NCBI GenBank assembly: GCA_039589615.1
Contig: JBDHHA010000005.1
Span: 4,431-68,430 of the forward strand
Source of the DNA: Gemmatimonadota bacterium
GTDB lineage: Bacteria; Gemmatimonadota; Gemmatimonadetes; Gemmatimonadales; GWC2-71-9
DNA: 64,000 nucleotides
Reading direction: 5' to 3'
The notes under the pieces were generated by a model. It was not told where the DNA came from and did no database searches. It saw only the letters and a program-made list of their open reading frames with translations. The position numbers were made by a program, and so were the translations under genes. Shown here in pieces: positions 53,113 to 61,642 of this stretch; positions within the stretch are counted from its first letter, which is position 1; every line of letters begins with the position of its first letter.

Positions 53113-55128
53113 ATGAACAGGATGAACCACCTCGTCACCATCACCCGGGCGGCCGTCGTCGTCCTGGCATTGATCACGTGGGCCCCCGTCGCCCTTTGGG
53201 CTCAGGCGATCACACCGGAGCACGTGGTGAGCATCGAGCAGGTCGGTGCCGTCGCCATGAGTCCGGACGGCAACACTGTTGCCTACACGCTCACGAAACC
53301 GAGAGGCGCCGATGAGCCGTTTGGCCGATCGCGGAGCGAGCTGTGGCTCATGCCGACGGGGGGCGGCCCAGCCATTGCCGTGCTCGAAGCGCCCCGGAGC
53401 GGCGGGTCTCCCCGGTGGTCGCCCGACGGCAACGTCCTCGCCTTCACCACGCGCCTCGATCAAGACCCCCGAACGCAGGTGTATGGTGTGGCGTCCACCG
53501 GCGGGAATCCGCGGCTTCTCACCCACTCGCCGCTCGGCGTAATGGCGTACGCGTGGTCACCCGACGGGCGTTCCATCGCCTACACGGCCCGGGAGCCCGA
53601 AGCACCGGGTGCCGCCGCCCGCAGAGAGCGTGGCGACGACGTGCAGGTGGCGGGCGAAGGCATCCGCCACGTGCGGCTCTGGGTGGAAAACCTGGAGACG
53701 GGCGCGATCACCTCGGTCACCCCGGACGACCGCACCGTGCGGAGCTTCGCCTGGCGCCCCGATGGCAGCGGTTTCGCCATCCAGGTCACCGACGACGGCG
53801 ACATTGATGCGGGCTACATGTTCCGCCGGATCTACGTCGCCGGCGCCGGTGGCACCCGGTTCGACCGGCTGACGGATATCCGCGGCAAATTGGGCGGCAT
53901 GGCGTGGTCTCCGGACGGCCGGACGCTCGCGTTCATAAGCGCGGTCTCCATGAACGACCCCCTGGCCCAGAGCGTCTTCGTGGTGCCGGCCGGCGGGGGC
54001 GAGCCGGTCAATCTCACCCCGGGCTACGAGGGGAGCGCCTTGTCCGTGGGGTGGCTGGATAGCGAGAGCGTGTATTTTCTGGCGGCCGAGGGCACCCGCA
54101 CGGTACTCAGCAGCGTGGATTCGGACGATGGGGAGATCGAGCGGCTCGTTGGCGGTGGCGCCGAGATCATGAACAATGTGAGCCTGGACGGACGGCACCG
54201 CACCTTCGCAACCGCCGTCCAGACGGCGCAACACCCAACCGAGGTATACACCGGTTCGCTCCGCGGAGGCGAGTTCGAGCGCCTCACCACCCACAATATC
54301 TGGCTCGAGGGACTGGAGCTGGCCCCACAGGAGACCATCGAATGGGCCGGTGCCGACGGGTGGCGGATCGAGGGCGTGCTGGTACGCCCGCTCAATGAGA
54401 CCCCAGGCCAACGCTACCCCCTCACCATCCTGCCCCACGGGGGGCCTGAAGGCATCAGCTATGACGGGTGGACCACCCGGGGCCTGTACCCCGCTCAGGT
54501 GTTGGCAGCCAACGGCTACGCCGTATTGATGCCCAACTATCGCGGGAGCGGCGGTCGGGGCGTGGCGTTCTCCAAGGGCGACCACCGGGATCTGGGTGGA
54601 AAAGAGTTTCTCGACGTGATCGCCGGCATCGACCACCTCGCCGAGATCGGTCTCGTCGATCCCGAACGAGTAGGCATCAGTGGAACGTCGTACGGCGGAT
54701 ACTTCTCCGCCCTCGCCGCGACGAAATACAGCGATCGGTTCAAGGCGGCGATTCCGTACGCCGGCATCACCAATTGGTTCTCATTCAGCGGTACAACCGA
54801 GATTCCCATCGAGATGTCGCTGGTGCACTGGGACACCTGGTGGTTCGACGATCCCGGGCTCAATTGGGATCGCTCACCCCTCGCCCACATCAACAACAGC
54901 AAGACGGCAACGCTGGTTGGCCACGGACTCGCGGACACGCGTGTCGATCCCGGCCAATCGGTGGAGCTGTACAACGCCCTCAAGATCAAGGGCGTGCCCA
55001 GCGGCTTGGTGCTCTATCCCCGGGAGCCGCATGGGCTCCTGGAGCGGGAGCACCAGCTCGATTATATGGGGCGAATCCTCGAGTGGTTCAACACGTACCT
55101 CAAGGTCCGACCGACCACGACGCCCTGA
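53113..55128 (+). CDS. S9-family serine peptidase (prolyl oligopeptidase / dipeptidyl peptidase type) with N-terminal PD40 propeller
   Basis: Signal peptide and repeated WSPDG motifs. It has the nucleophile elbow GISGTSYGGY and C-terminal D/H contexts (HGLADTRV, EPHGL). Confidence 0.85.
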   Translation: MNRMNHLVTITRAAVVVLALITWAPVALWAQAITPEHVVSIEQVGAVAMSPDGNTVAYTLTKPRGADEPFGRSRSELWLMPTGGGPAIAVLEAPRSGGSPRWSPDGNVLAFTTRLDQDPRTQVYGVASTGGNPRLLTHSPLGVMAYAWSPDGRSIAYTAREPEAPGAAARRERGDDVQVAGEGIRHVRLWVENLETGAITSVTPDDRTVRSFAWRPDGSGFAIQVTDDGDIDAGYMFRRIYVAGAGGTRFDRLTDIRGKLGGMAWSPDGRTLAFISAVSMNDPLAQSVFVVPAGGGEPVNLTPGYEGSALSVGWLDSESVYFLAAEGTRTVLSSVDSDDGEIERLVGGGAEIMNNVSLDGRHRTFATAVQTAQHPTEVYTGSLRGGEFERLTTHNIWLEGLELAPQETIEWAGADGWRIEGVLVRPLNETPGQRYPLTILPHGGPEGISYDGWTTRGLYPAQVLAANGYAVLMPNYRGSGGRGVAFSKGDHRDLGGKEFLDVIAGIDHLAEIGLVDPERVGISGTSYGGYFSALAATKYSDRFKAAIPYAGITNWFSFSGTTEIPIEMSLVHWDTWWFDDPGLNWDRSPLAHINNSKTATLVGHGLADTRVDPGQSVELYNALKIKGVPSGLVLYPREPHGLLEREHQLDYMGRILEWFNTYLKVRPTTTP

Positions 55129-55150
55129 GGTTGCCGGAACCCTGCCAAGG

Positions 55151-55189
55151 AAAAACCCCGCCGGTCAGGAGACTGCCGGCGGGGTTTTG
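55151..55189. terminator. Bidirectional rho-independent terminator
   Basis: aaaaccccgccgg-N11-ccggcggggtttt is a perfect 13-bp stem flanked by an A-run and a T-run, between convergent genes. Confidence 0.65.
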
Positions 55190-55208
55190 GCGTCGGGGCT
55201 TGCCGACC

Positions 55209-55745
55209 CTAGGGCTTCTTCTCTTCCTCTTCGGGTCCGGGGTCGACCTGCAGCCGGGGCGCGAAGTCCCTGATGGCCGGGAACGCCGCACTGAACCGCT
55301 CCTTGAATGGCCCATCCGACCCGGGCTTGGCACCGGGCCGCCCGGCAGCCCGAACGATTTCGCCGAGTAACTCGTGCAGATCCGCCTGCACGGTCTCGAT
55401 CTCGTCGCGTCGGGCTTCCGCCGTTCTAGGGTCCCGGTTTGCATCGAGGGCGAGCCAGTTGAGGCGGCTCACCTCCCTGAGGAATTCTTCCACGCGCCGT
55501 CGCAGCAGATAGAACCGCCTGTTGGTGGGGAGTTCGGGATCCCGGGTGGAAGAGAGAGCGGGGCGCCACGCCGCGATGGCCAGCGGCCAGGCGATCCACG
55601 CAATGCACAGGAGGCCGAGTCGCAGGCGCAGAACCGGATCCTCCACGGCATACAGCACCAGCCCCTCGCCCACCGCCCCACTCACGACGATAGCGCCGAG
55701 GATATAAGTCAGCACTTTGATCTTCACAGGCTTCTTGTTCTGCAT
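55209..55745 (-). CDS. Hypothetical 2-TM protein with charged helical tail
   Basis: ATG 55745 (MQNKKPVKIKVLTYILGAIVV...) gives 178 aa ending in an acidic tail PEEEEKKP. The upstream part of ORF 55209..56318 is antisense to the cupin gene and is rejected. Confidence 0.5.
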   Translation of the reverse strand: MQNKKPVKIKVLTYILGAIVVSGAVGEGLVLYAVEDPVLRLRLGLLCIAWIAWPLAIAAWRPALSSTRDPELPTNRRFYLLRRRVEEFLREVSRLNWLALDANRDPRTAEARRDEIETVQADLHELLGEIVRAAGRPGAKPGSDGPFKERFSAAFPAIRDFAPRLQVDPGPEEEEKKP

Positions 55746-55802
55746 GGTCGATCGATCCGGCCGAGGACACCTCCACAGTAGTGCCCGCCACCCACTCTCG
55801 AC

Positions 55803-56249
55803 GTGTCCTTCGTCACCAATCCGCTTGACCGCGGGGAGCCGGGCAGGATAGCGTATGTTGACCTCCACCAAGGCTGCCGCTGCATGTCGGTCAGACACGT
55901 CGACGAGATCCCAGTCGAAACTGTTTCGGCGGGTACCGGGACCACGAGGCAGGTCCTCATCAGCCCCGAAGAAGGACCCAACTTTGCCATGCGCCGCTTC
56001 ATGATAGATCCGGGTGGCGGCATGCCGGCGCACACGAACGCCGTGGAGCACGAACAGTACGTACTCCGGGGACGTGCGCTGATTGGGATCGGAAGCGACG
56101 AGATCGAGGTCCGGCAGGGCGATGTCGTGTACATCCCAGCCGGCGCGCCACACTGGTACTCGGCTCAGGGAGACGAGCCATTCGAGTTTCTCTGCGTGGT
56201 GCCCAACCAGCCCGACAAGATCGAGCTGGTTGGGGGGCCGAGGTGCTAG
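55803..56249 (+). CDS. Cupin-domain protein
   Basis: GTG start. Cupin motifs are GGGMPAHTNAVEHEQYVLRG and GDVVYIPAGAPHWY. Confidence 0.7.
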   Translation: MSFVTNPLDRGEPGRIAYVDLHQGCRCMSVRHVDEIPVETVSAGTGTTRQVLISPEEGPNFAMRRFMIDPGGGMPAHTNAVEHEQYVLRGRALIGIGSDEIEVRQGDVVYIPAGAPHWYSAQGDEPFEFLCVVPNQPDKIELVGGPRC

Positions 56250-56256
56250 TGCATCG

Positions 56257-57507
56257 CTACCCGGCCGCCACACGCATGAGCTGGCCGCAGAGCCACGCAC
56301 CGTACGTTCCGATGGCATAACCCAGCACCGCCAACAACACGCCCACCGGCGCCAGCGTGGGGTGGAATGCCGACGCCACCACCGGCGCAGATGCGGCGCC
56401 GCCCACGTTGGCCTGGCTTCCCACCGCCAAGTAGAAGGTGGGCGCCTTGATGGCCCGCCCTACCCCCAGCAGCAATGCTGCGTGTATCGCCATCCACACG
56501 CCGCCGACCGCAAACAGGCCGGGCCGTTCCAGCACTGCACCGATGTCCATCCCCATACCGATCGTCGCCACCAAGACGTAGAGCATCACCGACCCCACCT
56601 TCGAGGCACCTGCCCCCTCGAGACCTCGGGCCTTCGTAAAGGAGAGCAGCAAGCCTCCCGTCGTAGCGATGACGATGAGCCAGAAGAACGAGCTGGTCAG
56701 ACTGAATCGCTCCAGGATCGGCGCATTCTGCTCGATCCACGGTGCCAACAAATCGGCCAGCACATGGGACACGCCCTGAACACCGAATCCCACGGCGACG
56801 ATGATCAAGAGATCAGGCATGGTCGCGACCCGAGTGATCTTGTCCTGAAACTCCTGCACCCTTCGCTTGAGATCCTCCAGGGCTGTGGTATCCGCTCCCA
56901 ATCGCGCGTCGATCTGCTTTGACTCACCGGCCATGAACAGCAAAACGGCCATCCAAAGGCTCGCCACCAAGACGTCCACGGCCACCATCGCCGAGAACAC
57001 CTCGTCCCCCACCTCGAACACTTCCTTCATGGCCGCCTGATTGGCGCTGCCACCGATCCAACTTCCCGCCACCGTGGTGAGGCCGCGCCACACCGCATCC
57101 GGTCCGACGCCGCCGACGGTCTCGGGGCTGATGAAGGAAAAGAGCAGGATGGCTAGTGGGCCGCCCAGTACGATGCCCAGGGTTCCCGTACCGAACATGA
57201 TGAGGGCTTTGGGGCCGAGCCGGAGGATGCCTGGGATGTCGATGCTGAGCGTCAGGAGAACCAGCGTCGCCGGCAGGAGATACCGCGACGCAACGAAATA
57301 CAGATTCGACTGCTCCGCGTCGACGAGGCCGAAGGTGTTGTACAGCGAGGGGATGAAGTAACAGAGGAGAATGATGGGAACGTAACGGTAAAACTTCTTA
57401 AAGGCTGGTCGGTCGCTGTTGGCCGTGTAGAAGATCACCCCGAGGGTGACCAGGAGCAGGCCCAGGACCACCGCGTCATTGGTTATTAAGGCTCCGGATT
57501 CTTGCAT
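56257..57507 (-). CDS. DUF819-like polytopic membrane protein
   Basis: 416 aa with about 12 TM. The N-terminus is ALITNDAVVLGLLLVTLGVIFY...FYRYVPIILLCYFIPSL. The family is assigned from memory. Confidence 0.6.
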   Translation of the reverse strand: MQESGALITNDAVVLGLLLVTLGVIFYTANSDRPAFKKFYRYVPIILLCYFIPSLYNTFGLVDAEQSNLYFVASRYLLPATLVLLTLSIDIPGILRLGPKALIMFGTGTLGIVLGGPLAILLFSFISPETVGGVGPDAVWRGLTTVAGSWIGGSANQAAMKEVFEVGDEVFSAMVAVDVLVASLWMAVLLFMAGESKQIDARLGADTTALEDLKRRVQEFQDKITRVATMPDLLIIVAVGFGVQGVSHVLADLLAPWIEQNAPILERFSLTSSFFWLIVIATTGGLLLSFTKARGLEGAGASKVGSVMLYVLVATIGMGMDIGAVLERPGLFAVGGVWMAIHAALLLGVGRAIKAPTFYLAVGSQANVGGAASAPVVASAFHPTLAPVGVLLAVLGYAIGTYGAWLCGQLMRVAAG

Positions 57508-57608
57508 CCCTGTGTCTCGTGTTTGAGAGGTGTTGAGCGGGAGTGCATCACTTCCGCAAATGATAGTACCGTACGGACTCGAGGTCCAACACGCTGCTGG
57601 AAGCCCTC

Positions 57609-57640
57609 ATGAAAAGCCCCACCGCATCGCGGTGGGGCTT
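57609..57640 (-). terminator. Rho-independent terminator after the BNR/sortilin-like gene
   Basis: Minus RNA reads aagccccaccgc-gau-gcggugggguu followed by UUUUC. The stem is a perfect 12 bp. Confidence 0.65.
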
Positions 57641-57677
57641 CGCACATTCCACTTGGCGTCTGCCGCTCAGTGGCGAA

Positions 57678-60600
57678 TCACCTTCGCGTGATGATCGCCA
57701 GATTCAGATCCCGCAGCATCCGATTGAACACGGCCACCTCGTTGCGGAGGAGGTCGTTCAGCTCTCCTTGGTACTGCAGCATCCGTTCTTTCAAGACTTG
57801 GTGTACCTCGCGCTGCTGCCGGTTGGGCGCGAAGTCCACCGACTGGGACAGGTCACCCGCCAGCACCGACAGCTTGCTGTAGAGCATATTCGGGAACCTG
57901 AAGGACTTCGAGTCGCCCTCGGCCGCGATCGGCTGCAACATCTTGTCCTCGAGCGCTTGGAGGCTGGCGGACAACTCGCTGGCGGCGTCCTGCACCGATG
58001 CGGCATCCTCCCCCTCCAGCGCCTCGTCCAGATCCACAAGCTGTCTCTTGATCCGTTCGATGTCGTCGATCATGCCCGCCACGGTGGCGATGTCGTCGCG
58101 CAGCTCCAGCTGCATCGCGACCTGTGCCCGGATGTCATCCAACGTCCCGTCTGAGCGGGGATCCTTCCGCACGACGAGGGCTTGCGTGTGCTCCTGGTCG
58201 CCCACAGAGAGCTTCACCGTGTAGGTGCCGGGAGCCACCGTGATGCCCTGGAACCCGCCGGTGGTTCCCCAACTCAGGATGGGATACCATCCCTCCCGCT
58301 CCCAGGTGGTGCGGAAGCGTTTTTCCTCGACGACGGTCGGGTTGCCTGGGGGCTTCGTGCGCAGCCGCGCCTGCTGGACGCCCTCGTAGCGCAGGTTCCA
58401 CGACACCCGGTTGATACCCGGTCGGCTGGTGCCCCGCAACGTGTTCACCGTCTCACCGCTCGCGTCCAGGATCTCGATCTGCACCGCGCCTGACGGAACA
58501 TCCTTCAGGTAGTAGTTGATGTTGGCCGTCGCATTCGCCCGGGCACCGCCTGTCTGGCTGTGCATGCGGTATGCCGCCCGTGGCTCGAACAGGTGCACGT
58601 CGGAGGCAAGGACCTCGTCGGTGAGCTGTTGCAGCGGCGTGATGTCGTCCATGATCCAGAAGCCGCGTCCGTACGTCGCCACCACCAGATCGTTGAAGTG
58701 CTCCTGCACCACCATGTCGTGTACCGGCGCGTGGGGCAGGTTGTTCTGCAGCGGCAGCCAGTTCCTGCCATCGTTGAACGAGACGTAGATGGCATTCTCG
58801 GTTCCGGCAAAGAGCAGTCCTTGGCGCACCGGGTCCTCGTGCACCCAGTGGACGTAGCTGAACACGCTCCGCGGGATGTCCGAGCTGATGGACCGCCAGT
58901 TCCGCCCGTAGTCCGTCGTCTTATAGATGTACGGATCCCGGTTGTTCATCTGGTGGAAGTCCACCGTGATGTAGGCCGTGCCGGCGTCGTACTTCGACGC
59001 ATGGATGTTGCTGATCGTTCCCCACTCGGGCAGGTCGGGGATGTTGTCGGTGACATTCGTCCAGTTTGCACCGCCGTCACGGGTCACGTGGAGCAGTCCG
59101 TCGTTCGTGCCCGCCCAGATCTGCCCTTCTTCCAAGGGTGACTCGGCGATGGCGAACACCAGCTCGGCGAACTCCACCCCGATGTTGTCCTTGGTGAGGC
59201 CGCCCGACGGTCCCAGGAATCTGTCGTCTTGCGTGCTCAGATCGGGACTGATGATGTCCCAGCTCTCGCCACCGTCGGTCGTCACGTGCACGTACTGGCT
59301 CCCCACGTACACCTTGTTGTGATCGTGGGGGGAGATGACGATGGGAAACGTCCAGTTGAACCGGTACGGCGTGTCTCTTGCCGCCGCGCCATAACTCGAT
59401 TCCGGCCACACCTTGACGGTGCGACGGTGTCCGGTGCGGTAGTCCACCTTGGTGAACCCGGCGGTGTAACAGCCGCCCCACACGATGTCGGCGTTCACCG
59501 GGTCGGGAACGATGAAGCCGCTCTCACATCCGGCCGACGATTCCCACTGGGATCCGCCGCCGCCGAACCTCCTGCCACCCATTCCCTGCGTGCTGGAGCC
59601 CTTGTACCCGCTCCCGTCCTGCTTGCCGCCGTAGACGTTGTAGGGGATCTCGTTGTCCACGTTCACGTGGTACATCTGGGCGATGGGGAGGTTGATGTTG
59701 TTCCAGCTGCGCCCGCGATCGAGGGTGATCTGGGCACCACCGTCGTCACTGATCATCATGCGATCGGGATTCAACGGGTCCGCCCACATGTCGTGGGAAT
59801 CCCCGCTCCAGCCGGACCGTTCCGTGGTCAGGCCCCCATCGTACGAAATGCTGTGACTGTTGGCTGCGAAGTAGACCAGGTCTTCGTTGCCGGGATTCAC
59901 CATGACGCGGGACGCATAGTGAGGCCGCTCGTTGAGGAGGCGATCGTTGCTCTGGAGGTTCCAGTTGTCCCCGCCATCATTCGAGCGCCACAGCACGCCC
60001 CGGTTGGGCCATCCCGTTTCGATCAGCGCGTACACCACGTTGGGATTGCTCTGGGCGATGGACAGGCCGATCTTGCCCACCGGTGGCTCCGGCAGTCCGT
60101 GGCCCTCCAGCTTTTGCCACGAGTCGCCGCCGTCCCGGGACCGCCAGATGCCGCCGGCCATCCCGCCGCTCTCCCTGCCCCAGGTATGGATCTCGAGCTC
60201 CCACGATCCCGCAAACAGGATCCGCGGATTGCTCGGGTCCATGGCGATCTCGAAGATGCCCGTGTTCTCGTCGACGAAGAGCACGTGCTCCCAGGTTTCC
60301 CCGCCGTCAGTGGTGCGGAACACGCCTCGCTCCGGCTGTGGACCGTAGGAGTGCCCGATGGCGGCGATGAACACCACGTCGGGATCGCGCGGGTCGATGA
60401 CCACCCGGCCGATTCGCCCCGTGGCGTCGAGCCCCATGTGTTGCCACGTCTTGCCCGCATCGGTCGACTTGTAGACGCCGTTGCCGACGGAGACGTTGCT
60501 GCGCACCCATGCTTCACCGGTGCCGACCCACAGCACGTTGGGATCCGATGGTGCAATGGCCATGGCGCCGATGGACTGCGCAGGCTGATCGTCGAAGATC

Positions 60601-60863
60601 GGCTGCCAACTCAATGCGCCGTCCGTCGTCTTCCACACGCCACCGGACGCGGCACCGACGTAGTAAACCATGTTGTCGCCGGGCACGCCCATGACAGCCG
60701 AGGTGCGGTTCCCCGGTGGCCCGATGTGGCGGTACCGAAGGCCGCTGTAGAGATCGGGTGTGATCTGTTGCGCCGCGGCAGTGGTGACGAGGCCGATTGA
60801 AAGAAGCCCGGCAGCGAGGATTCTACCTGCCGTGCGTCGAGATATTTGAGAATGCATTGACAT
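57678..60863 (-). CDS. Large secreted BNR/sortilin(VPS10)-like beta-propeller protein
   Basis: ATG 60863 with a signal peptide. It has many Asp-box-like repeats (SGGVWKTTDGALSW, YKSTDAGKTWQH, VFRTTDGGETWEH, IWRSRDGGDSWQK, LWRSNDGGDNW, VTTDGGESW, VTRDGGANW). Confidence 0.8.
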   Translation of the reverse strand: MSMHSQISRRTAGRILAAGLLSIGLVTTAAAQQITPDLYSGLRYRHIGPPGNRTSAVMGVPGDNMVYYVGAASGGVWKTTDGALSWQPIFDDQPAQSIGAMAIAPSDPNVLWVGTGEAWVRSNVSVGNGVYKSTDAGKTWQHMGLDATGRIGRVVIDPRDPDVVFIAAIGHSYGPQPERGVFRTTDGGETWEHVLFVDENTGIFEIAMDPSNPRILFAGSWELEIHTWGRESGGMAGGIWRSRDGGDSWQKLEGHGLPEPPVGKIGLSIAQSNPNVVYALIETGWPNRGVLWRSNDGGDNWNLQSNDRLLNERPHYASRVMVNPGNEDLVYFAANSHSISYDGGLTTERSGWSGDSHDMWADPLNPDRMMISDDGGAQITLDRGRSWNNINLPIAQMYHVNVDNEIPYNVYGGKQDGSGYKGSSTQGMGGRRFGGGGSQWESSAGCESGFIVPDPVNADIVWGGCYTAGFTKVDYRTGHRRTVKVWPESSYGAAARDTPYRFNWTFPIVISPHDHNKVYVGSQYVHVTTDGGESWDIISPDLSTQDDRFLGPSGGLTKDNIGVEFAELVFAIAESPLEEGQIWAGTNDGLLHVTRDGGANWTNVTDNIPDLPEWGTISNIHASKYDAGTAYITVDFHQMNNRDPYIYKTTDYGRNWRSISSDIPRSVFSYVHWVHEDPVRQGLLFAGTENAIYVSFNDGRNWLPLQNNLPHAPVHDMVVQEHFNDLVVATYGRGFWIMDDITPLQQLTDEVLASDVHLFEPRAAYRMHSQTGGARANATANINYYLKDVPSGAVQIEILDASGETVNTLRGTSRPGINRVSWNLRYEGVQQARLRTKPPGNPTVVEEKRFRTTWEREGWYPILSWGTTGGFQGITVAPGTYTVKLSVGDQEHTQALVVRKDPRSDGTLDDIRAQVAMQLELRDDIATVAGMIDDIERIKRQLVDLDEALEGEDAASVQDAASELSASLQALEDKMLQPIAAEGDSKSFRFPNMLYSKLSVLAGDLSQSVDFAPNRQQREVHQVLKERMLQYQGELNDLLRNEVAVFNRMLRDLNLAIITRR

Positions 60864-60954
60864 TTTGTCCTCCGGCCGGGGATGACCGATGAGTCGTGGG
60901 GATAGGTCATCTACGTCGGGCATGCTCCCCGTGTCAAGAGCCCAGAATTCATCC

Positions 60955-61425
60955 TCAACCACCGGACCGCCGTGGCTGACAGCGCGATCCTCCGGCGTTC
61001 CGGCTGAGCTCGGGCACCACGGTGAGAGCCAGAGTCAGACCCGACTCGACGGCAATGGGTGCAGTCAGATGACAGGGCACGGTGCCGTGAACGTCGGCGG
61101 CGAAGGTCCTCCGCGCATCGCCCTCCGGCTGCCGGCTGGTGATTTCATCGTTGCCGACCAGCTCGATCACGAACCGGACCTCCGGGCGGTCCCAGCTGAA
61201 CGGCAGCACCAGCGTGCTACCGGTCTCCACCTGACCGAGTCGAGTCCACCGTCCGCCCCCATACGTGTAAATGATGGCGTCGAAGTCGTTTTGGTTTTCC
61301 ACGCTCACAAAGACAGCCATCGACGCGGTTGCCGGTGAGCTTTCCGGGCTTGCCGAAGTACCCCCGGCGCAACCAGCCGCGAGTACCAGAGACAGACAAC
61401 TCTTCAGCAGGTGAACGGATCGCAT
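60955..61425 (-). CDS. Hypothetical lipoprotein
   Basis: ATG 61425 gives MRSVHLLKSCLSLVLAAGC (lipobox). I do not recognise a domain. Confidence 0.45.
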   Translation of the reverse strand: MRSVHLLKSCLSLVLAAGCAGGTSASPESSPATASMAVFVSVENQNDFDAIIYTYGGGRWTRLGQVETGSTLVLPFSWDRPEVRFVIELVGNDEITSRQPEGDARRTFAADVHGTVPCHLTAPIAVESGLTLALTVVPELSRNAGGSRCQPRRSGG

Positions 61426-61612
61426 GATAGGTCCTTTCCGCGGCCCGGGAATAGCCGATCGATTGTGGTGATGGGTCATCTACGCTGCCCGTACTCGCCC
61501 GGTCAAGTGACGATTCAGTGTGCAGGGTCGAGGTGCTCGACGATTCTTTGACCCGCCAACCCCGGTTGACTCGCGCCTCTGAATTGCGATATTCCGAATC
61601 ACGTGGACATGA

Positions 61613-61627
61613 AAATGAGTCTCATTT
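61613..61627. promoter_or_regulatory. Fur-box-like 7-1-7 palindrome upstream of the iron permease
   Basis: AAATGAG-T-CTCATTT is a perfect palindrome. The 19-mer GAAAATGAGTCTCATTTGC matches the classical GATAATGATAATCATTATC at 13 of 19 positions. It lies 16-30 nt upstream of GTG 61643, next to TATACT. Confidence 0.45.
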
Positions 61628-61642
61628 GCATTTAGCTATACT

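Noticed and set aside
55746-56318. Upstream part of ORF 55209..56318 (-)
   Set aside because: It is antisense to the cupin gene (55803..56249), which has both cupin motifs. The credible gene starts at ATG 55745.
59229-60800. 523-aa plus-strand ORF antisense to the BNR/sortilin-like gene
   Set aside because: Same high-GC antisense artefact. The minus strand carries repeated Asp-box motifs and a signal peptide.
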